IMG/VR virus record: IMGVR_UViG_3300025138_000013 | Strand: one strand, 5' to 3' | DNA: 64,000 nt | Source of the DNA: a virus | Shown here: positions 8,526 through 19,394 of the stretch, piece by piece | Layout of the letters: every line of letters starts with the position of its first letter | Numbering within the stretch: the stretch's first letter is position 1 | Notes under the pieces: model-generated | Database searches by the model: none | The model's input: only the letters and a program-made list of their open reading frames with translations | What the model was told of the DNA's origin: nothing | Program-made: the position numbers and the translations under genes

Positions 8526-9499
8526 GATTTAAAGAAACATTCAAAGAATGGAACGGTAAGTATCTTACTGAAGATTCTTATGATACTGTTATATCATCCA
8601 TTGGTGTCGAGGATGACATCATTAAAATCTATAAACCTCATGGTACACTCATGGGTGAAACCTTACTTGCATGTATTGTAAAGAGAGCATATACAGGTAC
8701 GACTTATCAAACAGTTAAAGACACTTTGTTCTCTATCGATGATACATCTACAATGAGAGCAAATGCAGCCGGGCCTATCGACCATGAAGAGATGAAGGCA
8801 AAAGGATTAATCGAAGGAAAGGACTATGTCCTAAGAACTCCAAACAGTTACTACCCACTTAAGAAGAACGGTGAGTTCAATCGTATTGCAGAAGCAAACG
8901 AGATTCATTCAGTTCTAATCGGGTATAAACGTGGCAGATTCACAGGAATGATTAAGGCAAGTGGATGGATGGATAAGAAATCCAACAAAGAAAAGTTTGA
9001 AACCTTATCACAGATTGCAAACGTCAATGAACAAGCATTGAAGACTGCAGTTCCCGAAGTATACAACTTACAAAAAACTTTTGCAGATGAATGTATAGAT
9101 GAGAAGTATCACATTGGTGGTTCACCGATGACAGCTTTATCTGCAAACAAATATTCAACTGGTGGGACTGCAAAGATGTCTGCACATTTGGATGGAAAAG
9201 ATTTAGAGTTCGGAATGACAACTATGTGTGTCTTCCGTATTGGAGAATTTGGGGGTGCATACTTATGTTTCCCTAGATATGGTATTGCTATTGAAGCAGA
9301 TGATGGAGACGTACTGATTGCAGATTCAAATGAATTGCACGGTGTATCACCTATCACTGGTGAAGGAGTAAGGTTATCATGTGTTGCATATTGTGATGAA
9401 CATGTTGCAACTAAAGGGAGAGCTGGAAAGACTGAGAATCCTATCGGCCCACATGCTGGAAAGTATGAGGAGAAAGGTTCACTCGACAGCTTTTTCTAG
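8498..9499 (+). CDS. TET/JBP-family 5-methylpyrimidine dioxygenase
   Basis: HLDGKD (HxD), GGAYLCFPRYGIAI, GDVLIAD, ELHGVSPI, RLSCVAY; overlaps the C5-MTase gene. Confidence 0.85.
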   Translation: MEFTATKDLGFKETFKEWNGKYLTEDSYDTVISSIGVEDDIIKIYKPHGTLMGETLLACIVKRAYTGTTYQTVKDTLFSIDDTSTMRANAAGPIDHEEMKAKGLIEGKDYVLRTPNSYYPLKKNGEFNRIAEANEIHSVLIGYKRGRFTGMIKASGWMDKKSNKEKFETLSQIANVNEQALKTAVPEVYNLQKTFADECIDEKYHIGGSPMTALSANKYSTGGTAKMSAHLDGKDLEFGMTTMCVFRIGEFGGAYLCFPRYGIAIEADDGDVLIADSNELHGVSPITGEGVRLSCVAYCDEHVATKGRAGKTENPIGPHAGKYEEKGSLDSFF

Positions 9500-9501
9500 A
9501 C

Positions 9502-9508
9502 CTAAATA
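9502..9508 (+). promoter_or_regulatory. T4-type late promoter (CTAAATA)
   Basis: Variant of TATAAATA in an intergenic region; the same NTAAATA motif recurs before many genes. Confidence 0.55.
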
Positions 9509-9584
9509 ATAATGTATCAACTGGAACGTTTCCTTTTGGACATCAACGTTATAACATATCCCTCGTAGGGATAAGGAAAAAAAT

Positions 9585-10721
9585 ATGACAACACAAAATC
9601 ACCTGTTCGCAGGTTTAAAAAAGAGCTACGATATAGAACTCACCCGAGAACTATGTCCACCCAAAGAAACTTATCAAACTTGTAAATTCAAGAAAAGACT
9701 TGTAGTACACAAGGATAAGATTCACATCATTGACCCTATTACAGGGGAACCATTGCAACCGAGAGAAGAAATCAATCTCACTCAAAATGTTATTGAGATT
9801 AAAACTTCATTCAAGTACAGAGGTTGGTTACATTCAGAAGAACCACTATTTGTACAAGTCGCTGCTGATGGAAACTTCATTCTAAGAAGTGGATTCAACA
9901 GATACAAAGCTGCAACGGAAAGTGGTTGGGAATATCTATTAGTAGATGTGTATGAAGATGCACCAGTCCAAAAGGACAACATTGCATTTAAGTATGTTTG
10001 TAACAATACTAACCTACCATCTAAACCTAATAAAGATATTGACTTCATTAGAGGTGTAGTAGAAGCGATTGATGCAAATGCAATCAATCAAGAAGTCGAA
10101 GCAGAGATAATCTCATTCTTAAAACAAATCACATCAACAGATGATGGTATGCGTTTAAAGACAGATGAAGAGATTGTCAACTATGTCGATGTAACGGAAG
10201 TAAATGACGATGGTTCAGAGAGTACTATTCAAGAACTATCATCTTCATGTTTACTATATAAAGTCTATAGACAAAGAGGAAAGAACAGAAACATTCTACC
10301 ATTAGATGGTAAGGGTGCAAACCAAATTCTAAACTCTCTTAAAAAAGGATGGGCTGGAGCAAGAAACAAAGATGTTACTGAGTTAGGTTATTGTTTTGAG
10401 AAGAAGACTACATGTCACAGGATATTGTGGGATGGTATGAAACTTTATAGTAAATATCAAACACCTATCATGTTATATGGTTATGTTGAGAATCCCTCAT
10501 CAATGACTTTAAAGTCTGATAGAATAGAAACACTTGCAAGATACGAGTGGTTCATAGAAGAATGTGTAAGAAGATTTACGGATTCTCTTGACTATCACAA
10601 GATGGGACTTAACTTCATGGAACTTGAATGGAAGTTCAGAGAAATCTTTCAGTGGGGTGGATTTATACCTCAAGATAAAACACCACATTGTGATGAAAGT
10701 GGAAGGATAGTAGAACTATGA
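9585..10721 (+). CDS. ParB/Srx-like N-terminal domain protein
   Basis: QPREE...SFKYRGW...PLFV....GNFILRSGFNRYKAA resembles the ParB GxxR box; lies in the modification cluster. Confidence 0.55.
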   Translation: MTTQNHLFAGLKKSYDIELTRELCPPKETYQTCKFKKRLVVHKDKIHIIDPITGEPLQPREEINLTQNVIEIKTSFKYRGWLHSEEPLFVQVAADGNFILRSGFNRYKAATESGWEYLLVDVYEDAPVQKDNIAFKYVCNNTNLPSKPNKDIDFIRGVVEAIDANAINQEVEAEIISFLKQITSTDDGMRLKTDEEIVNYVDVTEVNDDGSESTIQELSSSCLLYKVYRQRGKNRNILPLDGKGANQILNSLKKGWAGARNKDVTELGYCFEKKTTCHRILWDGMKLYSKYQTPIMLYGYVENPSSMTLKSDRIETLARYEWFIEECVRRFTDSLDYHKMGLNFMELEWKFREIFQWGGFIPQDKTPHCDESGRIVEL

Positions 10722-11254
10722 TTATAATGGTTGGTGGAGTTCCATGTTCGGGAAAGTCAACTCTCATGAGAAGACTTATCTCTAGGTTAGATGAACCCAA
10801 TCTAATTGAACCGATGAAACTATTTAAGTGCCAAGAACATGGTGACATATTAGTAGTCGGTCAATATCCCGAGGGAGAGACATTCGGCGGAACTGATAAG
10901 CTCTCTCACGGTTCTATCCCACAGTTTAGAGAGTTCATTGAAGCAATGAACATTGCATACAAACATGTTCTAATAGAAGGTGATAGATACTTTAGAGGAG
11001 TAGACATAGAATGGTTGATGCAAAACCATGAAGCATTAGTTTACGTTCTAACAGTAGACATATCCGAAGAACACAATCGTCACACAGAACGTGGAGACAC
11101 ACAATCAGAAGTATGGCTGAAGGGAAGACGAACACAGATAAATAACATACTAACAAACATGAATCTTTTAGGACAACTAAATATTCGTGATAATGATTCA
11201 ATAGAATCATCTATGAAAATAGAAGAGGAGATATATGCCAAAATTATTCAATAA
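10718..11254 (+). CDS. P-loop nucleotide kinase of the type linked to DNA base modification
   Basis: GGVPCSGKST Walker A; G-Y..GETFGGTDKLS; LIEGDR. Confidence 0.75.
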   Translation: MIIMVGGVPCSGKSTLMRRLISRLDEPNLIEPMKLFKCQEHGDILVVGQYPEGETFGGTDKLSHGSIPQFREFIEAMNIAYKHVLIEGDRYFRGVDIEWLMQNHEALVYVLTVDISEEHNRHTERGDTQSEVWLKGRRTQINNILTNMNLLGQLNIRDNDSIESSMKIEEEIYAKIIQ

Positions 11255-11549
11255 TAAAGTCTACATGGTAGTAGAGAACCCATCTGAAGAAGATGCAGCT
11301 ATTGAATTGACTGGTGGTGAATGGGATGGACTAGTATACCAATATGGTAAGCTACAATTCGAAGAAGGTAAACCAAATATTAACTTCCAAAGAACAATAA
11401 GAAGGTTCCCTCACGGGCAACAGAAGACAGATATTGGACTTGAGGAACTCCTAAATAATAGTGAATTAAACGACCTCATGGGTGAAATACTCATGGAATT
11501 AGTCGATGAACAAATGAAAAGAGAACAAGATGAAATCAAGACAAGCTAA
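11235..11549 (+). CDS. Hypothetical protein
   Basis: ORF with GAGGAG RBS, overlapping neighbours. Confidence 0.7.
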   Translation: MPKLFNNKVYMVVENPSEEDAAIELTGGEWDGLVYQYGKLQFEEGKPNINFQRTIRRFPHGQQKTDIGLEELLNNSELNDLMGEILMELVDEQMKREQDEIKTS

Positions 11550-11682
11550 AATCGAAGACTCAGAGAGTAATATACACTATCCTATAATAAATTATACGGA
11601 TGAATCAGATTACGACGCTAAAGTCGCACAAATTGTCACCGATATGGGTGGTAAATACTTAGGAGAGTATCAAGAATTATGA
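11530..11682 (+). CDS. Small hypothetical protein (50 aa, not in ORF track)
   Basis: MKSRQAKIEDSESNIHYPII...GEYQEL; bridges the gap; ATGA overlap with the lysozyme start. Confidence 0.5.
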   Translation: MKSRQAKIEDSESNIHYPIINYTDESDYDAKVAQIVTDMGGKYLGEYQEL

Positions 11683-12128
11683 ACAGAGAAGTATTGAAAG
11701 AACAAATTAAAAGACACGAAGGTGAGGTATTAGAAGTCTATGCAGACTCACTAGGATACTTAACTTTTGGTGTAGGACACCTAATTAAAGAAGGCGACCC
11801 CGAACATGGTAAACCAGTAGGAACACCAGTATCACAACAAAGAGTTGATGATATATATGATTATGATTTTGATAAACATGTTGCAGAAGCAATTCATGTT
11901 TTTGGTACAGAGGAAGCATTTTATAATCTACCCGAAGATATACAACATGTATTAGTCAACATGACTTTTAACTTAGGTGCAACAAGACTAGGATACTTTA
12001 AAGGTATGATGGGTGCAGCTAGGTCTCATGATTGGAAAAAAATGGCATATGAAATGGAAGATTCCAAATGGTTTGGACAGGTCGGAAGACGTTCGAAAGA
12101 ACTACAGGAGCTTGTATTAAATGTCTAA
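11679..12128 (+). CDS. Lysozyme/endolysin (T4-lysozyme, GH24 fold)
   Basis: IKRHEG...YADSLGYLTFGVGHL (E-x8-D-x5-T triad), LVNMTFNLG, DSKWFGQVGRR. Confidence 0.9.
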   Translation: MNREVLKEQIKRHEGEVLEVYADSLGYLTFGVGHLIKEGDPEHGKPVGTPVSQQRVDDIYDYDFDKHVAEAIHVFGTEEAFYNLPEDIQHVLVNMTFNLGATRLGYFKGMMGAARSHDWKKMAYEMEDSKWFGQVGRRSKELQELVLNV

Positions 12129-12387
12129 TCTTATCAAGTGCCTACGTTTAGAAAACGGAGACGTTGTTATTGGTAAAGTGAAAGAGTCATTTTTTAAATA
12201 TACTGTAGAAGAAGCACATGCTTGTATCGTATCAGTAGAAGGGGAACAAATGGAAGTAGGTCTAGCTCCATGGATTCCTTATGCAAAGGATTTTACCTTT
12301 GACATATCAAAAGTCAGAGTAGTGACATGTTTTGAACCTAGACCAAACCTTGCAACAAACTACAAGGTTCTAACAGGAAATAAATAA
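12121..12387 (+). CDS. Hypothetical protein (possible Sm-like fold)
   Basis: IKCLRLENGDVVIG...LAPWIPY pattern; overlaps the lysozyme stop. Confidence 0.7.
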   Translation: MSNLIKCLRLENGDVVIGKVKESFFKYTVEEAHACIVSVEGEQMEVGLAPWIPYAKDFTFDISKVRVVTCFEPRPNLATNYKVLTGNK

Positions 12388-12388
12388 T

Positions 12389-12625
12389 ATGGTAGATTTT
12401 ATGGATAGAGTCTTAATGGCTCAAGTACAAAACGCAAACGCTCAGATTGCAAAACACAAAATCAATGTTGAAGTGTTAACAAAAAATGCAAGTGGTACAG
12501 CAGACCACCCCGACCTTATGGCTTCAGTTGAAAGTGAACTGAACAAGATAGGACACTGGGAAGAAATCAAATCTGTAATCAAAAAGAATTTCGACTTTGA
12601 GAGTAAAAAAACACTTGTAGAATAG
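12389..12625 (+). CDS. Hypothetical protein
   Basis: Compact ORF between neighbours. Confidence 0.7.
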   Translation: MVDFMDRVLMAQVQNANAQIAKHKINVEVLTKNASGTADHPDLMASVESELNKIGHWEEIKSVIKKNFDFESKKTLVE

Positions 12626-12643
12626 AAGACTTTCTGTTATAAT
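12615..12643 (+). promoter_or_regulatory. Sigma70-type promoter of DNA polymerase
   Basis: TTGTAG-N17-TATAAT; ATG 6 nt downstream; -10 lies within palindrome CTGTTATAATAACAG. Confidence 0.65.
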
Positions 12644-12649
12644 AACAGT

Positions 12650-15142
12650 ATGGATTTTTATACTAATGTGTGTCGTACTCGCGACAAGATACTCGTAAAA
12701 GGTTACCAAGGTAAAAAACAGGTTCAGATGTCTGTGGATTACCGTCCCAACCATTACGTCCCAACAAAGAAACCCTCTGCATTCAAGTCATTGGATGGAA
12801 AGAACCTTGAGGTTGTCAATCTCAGTTCAATGGGCGGTGCAAGAAAGTTCCGTGAGAAGTTTGCTGGAACAGCAGGGATGGAAATCCATGGATATGATAG
12901 ATACATCTATACATATATTGCAGACAAGTTTCAAGGTGATATCAAGTATGACCCAAAGGTCATCAAGATTGCAACACTCGACATTGAGTGTGAATGTGAA
13001 GATGGGTTCCCCGAACCCATGCAAGCTTTGGAAAAGGTCAATGCAATCACAATCAAACCGTTCAGATTCATGGCTCACACATTCGGGATTGGGCCGTGGG
13101 ATGACAAACCAGCAAACGTAACATATCATGAAGCACAGGATGAGAAAGACCTACTTGAACAATTCATCAAGTACTGGAGAAAAGAGAAGTTCGATATCAT
13201 CACAGGCTGGAATGTTAATACTTTTGATATTACTTATTTGTGTAATCGTGTCGACAGAGTCTTTGGTGCTGACTCACATAGAAAATTCTCACCATGGAAC
13301 ATGTGTGATGTCAGAGAATTTAAAACCAATTGGGGCTCTCAACAACAGGTTTTTAATCTGTATGGAATCAATGTAATTGATTACCTAGAACTATACAAAA
13401 AACATACATTCGTAAATCAAGAGTCCTACAGACTAGACCATATTGCTATGGTTGAACTGGGTAAGGCTAAGATTGATTACTCAGAAGAAGGTTCACTCCA
13501 TCATTTATACAGACTAAACTATTCCAAGTTCCTTGCATACAATGTAAAGGATGTTACCTTGGTAGAAGACCTAGAAGAGAAACTAGGATTGATGGAATTG
13601 ATTCTTGCCATGTCTTACAATGCAAAGTGTAACTACAATGATACATTTGGTATGGTCAAGTATTGGGAGACAATCATCTATAACTTCCTTAAGGAACAGA
13701 AGATTGCAACACCACCACAGAGACTATCACAAACAAAAGGTGATAGAATTCAAGGTGCATACGTTAAAGAACCATTGGTGGGTAAACATGAATGGGTCGT
13801 TTCATTCGACTTGAACTCACTGTATCCACACATCATCATGCAGTACAATATCTCACCCGAGAAGATGCAGAGAGGATTGACAGACACATCCGTAGAGAAA
13901 CTATTCAACAAAGAAACAGTAGTTGATGGTGCATTCGGTATCACACCAAACGGTGCTAGATTCTCTAACGACAGACAAGGTTTCCTTCCCGAACTTATGC
14001 AGAAGTTCTATGACGAACGTAAGATGTGGAAGGGTAAAATGATTGAGTATCAGAAGGAACTACAAACTTGTACAGACAGGAAACGTAAGAATGAACTCAA
14101 CACATTAATCAAACGTTCTTACAACAACCAACAGGTTAGAAAGATTGCACTTAACTCAGCTTATGGTGCCTTGGCAAATCAATACTTTGCATTCTTTGAC
14201 CCACAACTTGCAGAGGCAATCACATTGTCGGGTCAGTTGATTATCAAACATGCAGAGAAAACAATCAATGATTGGTTGAATACCACACTCAAGACAGATG
14301 AAGATTATGTTGTTGCAATGGATACTGATTCTGTTTACATAACACTAGACAAACTGATACAGAAGGTAATGCCTAATGAAACTGATAAAACCAAAATCAC
14401 AAACTTTATCGACTCAATTGCAAAATCCCACATGGAAGAAGTTCTTGAAGAGGGCTTCAAAGAACTTGCAGAGTACACCAATGCCTACGAACAGAAGATG
14501 GAAATGGGGAGAGAGGTCATCGCAGACCGTGGGATTTGGACTGCAAAGAAAAGATACATCCTCAACGTCATCGACAACGAAGGAGTCAGACTAGCCGAAC
14601 CCAAACTCAAGATGATGGGTATTGAGACTGCAAAGTCCAGTACACCACAATGGGTCAGAGGTAAACTTACAGATGCATTCAAGATTGTGATGCAAGGAAC
14701 TGAAGAAGAACTATGGGATTTTGTTGAAGGTGCTCGTATGGACTTCCGTAGGTTACCACCCGAAGAAATGTCTTCACCAAGAGGTTGTAATAATCTCGGA
14801 CAGTATGCAGACCCAACAATGATTTACACCAAGGGTACACCCATACACGTACGCGGTGCCTTACTTTACAATCATCATCTAAAACAAAAGAACATTCACA
14901 AACGTTATGAGTTGATTAAGAGTGGAGAGAAACTACACTTTACATATCTCACAACACCTAACCCAATCAACGAGAACGTCATATCTTTTCTAAACGTGTT
15001 ACCAAGAGAAATGGATTTACACAAGTATTTGAATTATGACATGCAATTTGACAAGTCATTCATAGAACCACTGAAGGTGGTTATAGAAAAGATTGGCTGG
15101 AATGTCGAACCAGTTGCTTCGCTTGATTCGTTTTTCGGATAA
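12650..15142 (+). CDS. 43: Family B DNA polymerase (T4 gp43)
   Basis: Exo DIECE, GWNVNTFD, YNVKD; pol SFDLNSLYPHII, KIALNSAYG, MDTDS, KKRY. Confidence 0.97.
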   Translation: MDFYTNVCRTRDKILVKGYQGKKQVQMSVDYRPNHYVPTKKPSAFKSLDGKNLEVVNLSSMGGARKFREKFAGTAGMEIHGYDRYIYTYIADKFQGDIKYDPKVIKIATLDIECECEDGFPEPMQALEKVNAITIKPFRFMAHTFGIGPWDDKPANVTYHEAQDEKDLLEQFIKYWRKEKFDIITGWNVNTFDITYLCNRVDRVFGADSHRKFSPWNMCDVREFKTNWGSQQQVFNLYGINVIDYLELYKKHTFVNQESYRLDHIAMVELGKAKIDYSEEGSLHHLYRLNYSKFLAYNVKDVTLVEDLEEKLGLMELILAMSYNAKCNYNDTFGMVKYWETIIYNFLKEQKIATPPQRLSQTKGDRIQGAYVKEPLVGKHEWVVSFDLNSLYPHIIMQYNISPEKMQRGLTDTSVEKLFNKETVVDGAFGITPNGARFSNDRQGFLPELMQKFYDERKMWKGKMIEYQKELQTCTDRKRKNELNTLIKRSYNNQQVRKIALNSAYGALANQYFAFFDPQLAEAITLSGQLIIKHAEKTINDWLNTTLKTDEDYVVAMDTDSVYITLDKLIQKVMPNETDKTKITNFIDSIAKSHMEEVLEEGFKELAEYTNAYEQKMEMGREVIADRGIWTAKKRYILNVIDNEGVRLAEPKLKMMGIETAKSSTPQWVRGKLTDAFKIVMQGTEEELWDFVEGARMDFRRLPPEEMSSPRGCNNLGQYADPTMIYTKGTPIHVRGALLYNHHLKQKNIHKRYELIKSGEKLHFTYLTTPNPINENVISFLNVLPREMDLHKYLNYDMQFDKSFIEPLKVVIEKIGWNVEPVASLDSFFG

Positions 15143-15145
15143 ATA
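15139..15145 (+). promoter_or_regulatory. Late promoter (ATAAATA) of iscU
   Basis: Motif followed by ATG after exactly 5 nt. Confidence 0.6.
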
Positions 15146-15150
15146 CTAGT

Positions 15151-15633
15151 ATGGCATACTCAGATGAAGTAGTAAAACGATTCGAATCCGTTCTTGCAAA
15201 CCCAAAAAAACACTCAGTTGGTTCACTAGATAGGAAAGACCCCAAGGTCGCAACAGGACTTGCAGGAGCTCCTGCTTGTGGTGATGTGATGCAACTTCAA
15301 CTATTACTAGATGACAACGAAAAAATTGTCGATGTAAAATTCAAGACTTACGGATGTGGAAGTGCAATTGCATCTTCGTCATTGTTCGTAGACATGATGA
15401 TGGGTAAGACTATTGCAGAAGCAAAACTCATCAAGGACAAAGATATTGCAGAGGTGTTACAATTACCACCGATAAAATTACATTGCAGTGTACTAGCAGA
15501 AGACGCTATCAGACAAGCGATGGTGGACTATGAGACAAAACAAACAGAAGGTTATACACATCCTATTTTAGACCAATCAATGATAGGTCATAACAACCCG
15601 CCACCCCTTTCAAGAGAAGACTTCATCGAGTGA
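15151..15633 (+). CDS. iscU: Fe-S cluster scaffold IscU
   Basis: MAYS, GAPACGDVMQLQ, FKTYGCGSAIASSS, LPPIKLHCSVLAEDAI. Confidence 0.95.
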   Translation: MAYSDEVVKRFESVLANPKKHSVGSLDRKDPKVATGLAGAPACGDVMQLQLLLDDNEKIVDVKFKTYGCGSAIASSSLFVDMMMGKTIAEAKLIKDKDIAEVLQLPPIKLHCSVLAEDAIRQAMVDYETKQTEGYTHPILDQSMIGHNNPPPLSREDFIE

Positions 15634-15654
15634 AGAAAAAAACTAAATAAGTTT

Positions 15655-16113
15655 ATGGCTATATTCAAACAAAGTGAATTTCACGTTAAGGTAACAAAAA
15701 TCGTAGACGGCGATACAGTTGATGTCGATATCGACTTAGGCTTTTCTACAGTTCTAAAAAAACAAAGAGTGCGTCTTATGGGAATCGATACCCCCGAGTC
15801 ACGTACAAGAGATTTAGTGGAGAAATTATTTGGTAAAGCATCTAAGAAACATCTTACACATCTTTTATCAGAAGGTGATATCACCCTCATTAGTCACGAC
15901 AAAGGAAAATTCGGAAGAATACTTGGAGAGTTATTTGTTCATAACGAAGATGAGTCAGTCATCAATATCAATAAACAAATGATTCTTGACCATCATGCAG
16001 TAGAATATACTGGTGAGAACAAAGATACTACTACAGAACGTCACATGGAACATAGACAACTTCTTTTAGAGAAAGGAACTGTTACTCAAGAACAGATTGA
16101 CGAGGTATCCTAG
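15655..16113 (+). CDS. Thermonuclease (SNase-like)
   Basis: KIVDGDTVD, RVRLMGIDTPES, KGKFGRILG. Confidence 0.9.
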   Translation: MAIFKQSEFHVKVTKIVDGDTVDVDIDLGFSTVLKKQRVRLMGIDTPESRTRDLVEKLFGKASKKHLTHLLSEGDITLISHDKGKFGRILGELFVHNEDESVININKQMILDHHAVEYTGENKDTTTERHMEHRQLLLEKGTVTQEQIDEVS

Positions 16114-16114
16114 A

Positions 16115-16294
16115 ATGATTATCACCGCTATGGACTGTTTTTATATAGCAATGATATTAACTATATTCGGTTTTATAATGCATCTAGAAGTGTCAATGAC
16201 TAAGTTAACATCAATGATGAAAGAGCATACTAAGTTTGATATGAAGATGTCACAAGTTGGTAAACAGCTTACAAAAATAGAAAAAAAACTCTAA
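16115..16294 (+). CDS. Small membrane protein
   Basis: One TM segment; ATG 1 nt after the previous stop. Confidence 0.55.
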   Translation: MIITAMDCFYIAMILTIFGFIMHLEVSMTKLTSMMKEHTKFDMKMSQVGKQLTKIEKKL

Positions 16295-16301
16295 AACCCC
16301 C

Positions 16302-16330
16302 TTGCATAAACCCCGAACATAGTCTATAAT
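16302..16330 (+). promoter_or_regulatory. Sigma70-type promoter of uvsX
   Basis: TTGCAT-N17-TATAAT, followed by GGAG RBS. Confidence 0.6.
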
Positions 16331-16354
16331 GGATATACATTATGGAGAAGTGTT

Positions 16355-17410
16355 ATGTCATTTATTAAAGATTTAGTAAAAGCATCGGGAAACGAATATG
16401 CAAATATTGTTTCGGACGGTGTTGCAGCTGGAGATGTTGATACCTTTGTAGACACAGGTAGTCACATTTTCAATGCACTATTAAGTGGTTCACTATACGG
16501 TGGACTCCCCGACAACAAAATTACTGCAATCGCAGGAGAATCAGCAACAGGTAAAACTTACTTTGCATTAGGCATGGTAAAACAATTCCTATCTGATAAC
16601 CCCGAATCTGCAGTTATTTACTTTGAGTCTGAGTCAGCAATATCAAAAGATATGATTGAATCTAGAGGAATTGATTCCAATAGAATGGTAATCGTACCAG
16701 TTGTTACTGTACAAGAATTCAGAAATCAAGCAATCAGCATACTAGATAAGTATGCAGAAACCCCAAAATCAAAACGTCCACCTATGATGATGTGTTTAGA
16801 TTCACTTGGTATGTTATCAACTACTAAAGAAATCGAAGATACTGCAGAAGGTAAAGAGACTAAAGATATGACGAGAGCCCAAGTAGTAAAAGGTGCATTC
16901 AGAGTATTGACTCTTAAACTAGGACGTGTTGGTGTTCCTATGATAGTTACGAACCACACATATGATGTGATTGGTTCTATGTTCCCTCAGAAAGAAATGG
17001 GTGGTGGTAGTGGACTCAAGTACGCTGCATCATCAATCATTTATCTTTCAAAGAAGAAAGAGAAAGATGGAACAGAAGTTATTGGAAATATAATTCACTG
17101 TAAGAATGCAAAGTCAAGATTGACGGTTGAGAATAGAATAGTGGATGTTAGACTTTCTTATGAGAAAGGATTGGATAGGTACTATGGTCTATTAGACATG
17201 GCACTTGCATTTGGCGTCTTTACAAAAGAAGGAACTCGTGTTAAACTACCTACAGGTAAAACCGAATTCGGTAAGACAATTAATAACAATCCCGAGAAAC
17301 ACTTTACCCCCGAGGTAATGGGACTTCTTGAAGAGAAAGCACAGGAATATTTCAAATATGGAAACAGTGAGACTAGAACAGACGATACTGAACAACCTAG
17401 TTCAGAGTGA
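16355..17410 (+). CDS. uvsX: RecA-like recombinase UvsX
   Basis: [39 protein letters not shown]. Confidence 0.95.
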   Translation: MSFIKDLVKASGNEYANIVSDGVAAGDVDTFVDTGSHIFNALLSGSLYGGLPDNKITAIAGESATGKTYFALGMVKQFLSDNPESAVIYFESESAISKDMIESRGIDSNRMVIVPVVTVQEFRNQAISILDKYAETPKSKRPPMMMCLDSLGMLSTTKEIEDTAEGKETKDMTRAQVVKGAFRVLTLKLGRVGVPMIVTNHTYDVIGSMFPQKEMGGGSGLKYAASSIIYLSKKKEKDGTEVIGNIIHCKNAKSRLTVENRIVDVRLSYEKGLDRYYGLLDMALAFGVFTKEGTRVKLPTGKTEFGKTINNNPEKHFTPEVMGLLEEKAQEYFKYGNSETRTDDTEQPSSE

Positions 17411-18755
17411 AGAGTTTACAAGGAAGGTAATACCATTCCTTAAGGAAGAGTATTTCTCCGAGTCGGACGAGAAGACCGTGTTCAACGAAGTAGGTTCCTA
17501 TTTCGATAAGTACACTAAACCACCTACAGTGGAAGCACTTCTCATAAATCTAGATAACAACTCGTCACTCAATGACAGTGTTTTATCTAGTGCAAAAACT
17601 ATTGTAGATAGTATTAGTAAGGACAAAGAAGACACACCAATCGATTGGTTGGTGGAAGAGACTGAAAAGTGGTGTCAAGATAGAGCAATCTATATTGCAG
17701 TCATGGATAGTATCGAAGTCATCGACAAAAAGTCCCAACGCTCGACTGGGGAAATACCCGACCTTTTAAAAGAAGCTTTATCTGTATCGTTTGACACTAA
17801 TATCGGTCACGATTTCATTGAGAACTCAGACGATAGATTTGAATTCTATCACACTGAAGAAGAGAAACTTCCATTCGATTTAGAATACTTCAACAAAGTC
17901 ACCAAAGGTGGATTACCAAACAAAACTTTAAACATATGTCTTGCTGGTACTGGTGTTGGTAAGTCATTATTCATGTGTCATATGGCATCTGCAAACTTAA
18001 TGATGAACAAGAATGTGTTATACATTACATTAGAAATGTCAGAGGAAAGGATTGCAGAAAGAATCGATGCAAACACATTGAATATTCCTATGCAAGATTT
18101 ACCCGACTTATCTAAGAAAATGTTTGATAAGAAGATTGACAAGATTAAAGAAAAGACTAAAGGTAAACTTATCGTAAAGGAATATCCAACTGCATCAGCT
18201 CATGTAGGTCACTTCAGACATCTACTTCAAGAGTTGAATATCAAGAAAGATTTTAAACCCGATATGATTTATATCGACTATCTAAATATATGTTCAAGTG
18301 CAAGAGTCAAGCCAGGAGCTGGTGCAAACTCATACACATTAGTGAAGAGTATTGCAGAAGAACTTAGAGGACTTGCAGTTGAGTTTGATGTACCAATCAT
18401 GAGTGCAACACAAACAACACGTAGTGGTTATGGTTCTACAGATGTGGAACTAACAGATACTTCAGAATCATTTGGATTACCAGCGACTGCAGACTTTATG
18501 TTTGCACTGATTACATCCGATGAACTGGAAGAACTAGACCAAATGGTAGTAAAACAATTAAAGAATAGATACAATGACCCAACCGTATTTAAAAGGTTTG
18601 TCATAGGTGTCGACAGAAGTAGAATGAAACTCTATGACTGTGAACAAGAAGCACAGGAAGAACTCATTGACTCAGCAGTCAACGATGATGTTCCAGTGTT
18701 TGATAGAGGAAGAAATGATGGACAGAAACGAGATTTCTCAGAATTCAAGGTCTGA
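17358..18755 (+). CDS. 41: Replicative DNA helicase (T4 gp41)
   Basis: [53 protein letters not shown]. Confidence 0.96.
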   Translation: METVRLEQTILNNLVQSEEFTRKVIPFLKEEYFSESDEKTVFNEVGSYFDKYTKPPTVEALLINLDNNSSLNDSVLSSAKTIVDSISKDKEDTPIDWLVEETEKWCQDRAIYIAVMDSIEVIDKKSQRSTGEIPDLLKEALSVSFDTNIGHDFIENSDDRFEFYHTEEEKLPFDLEYFNKVTKGGLPNKTLNICLAGTGVGKSLFMCHMASANLMMNKNVLYITLEMSEERIAERIDANTLNIPMQDLPDLSKKMFDKKIDKIKEKTKGKLIVKEYPTASAHVGHFRHLLQELNIKKDFKPDMIYIDYLNICSSARVKPGAGANSYTLVKSIAEELRGLAVEFDVPIMSATQTTRSGYGSTDVELTDTSESFGLPATADFMFALITSDELEELDQMVVKQLKNRYNDPTVFKRFVIGVDRSRMKLYDCEQEAQEELIDSAVNDDVPVFDRGRNDGQKRDFSEFKV

Positions 18756-19365
18756 CGATTTGTTATGGGGACATCCTATAACTGCAATACAAATAAATTC
18801 AGACCCAATTGATGAATGGTTTAAAACCATAGACCTTGATGAGTTATGTAAAGAAGAATTTACATTTAGTAAATGTAAAACATCACAAGGAGTAGAAGAC
18901 AATAACCATGTAGATTACAATGTTGTAACTGATATTATTTTTGATAAGTTTACAACTTATCTAGAATCTCTAGGCCCAAAGGAAATGTTAAAAAGTGTAT
19001 TAGAAGTTCCTTGGATTAACATATATGAAGAACATGGATTCCAAGATTCACATGACCATCAAGGCAGTAAGTTTTCTGATTTTGCATGGTGTTATGTACA
19101 TCAAGCTGGTGACTCACATATTGTATTTAAGAACAAACATGCTTCTAATAGTGAAGTCTGTTTACAAGAATTTCTACAAGCTTACGACACCTCAGTAAAT
19201 TATGTTCCATCCATAAAAGGTAAAGGAACCGTATACTTTTTCCCAGCACATATCTATCATGCAGTATCACCAAACTTAAGTACTACTCCTAGGATAACAA
19301 TATCGGGAAACATTAGAATAAAGGGAACTGGTGTCTTGAGAATTGGAGAAACTAAATTAACATAA
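18715..19365 (+). CDS. 2OG-Fe(II) oxygenase-like protein
   Basis: WINIY...HDH, YFFPAHIYHAVSPN, RITISGN. Confidence 0.8.
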   Translation: MMDRNEISQNSRSDDLLWGHPITAIQINSDPIDEWFKTIDLDELCKEEFTFSKCKTSQGVEDNNHVDYNVVTDIIFDKFTTYLESLGPKEMLKSVLEVPWINIYEEHGFQDSHDHQGSKFSDFAWCYVHQAGDSHIVFKNKHASNSEVCLQEFLQAYDTSVNYVPSIKGKGTVYFFPAHIYHAVSPNLSTTPRITISGNIRIKGTGVLRIGETKLT

Positions 19366-19376
19366 TTTATAGATGC

Positions 19377-19384
19377 TATAAATA
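19377..19384 (+). promoter_or_regulatory. T4 late promoter TATAAATA
   Basis: Exact T4 late consensus in an intergenic region. Confidence 0.7.
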
Positions 19385-19394
19385 CTATTATATT

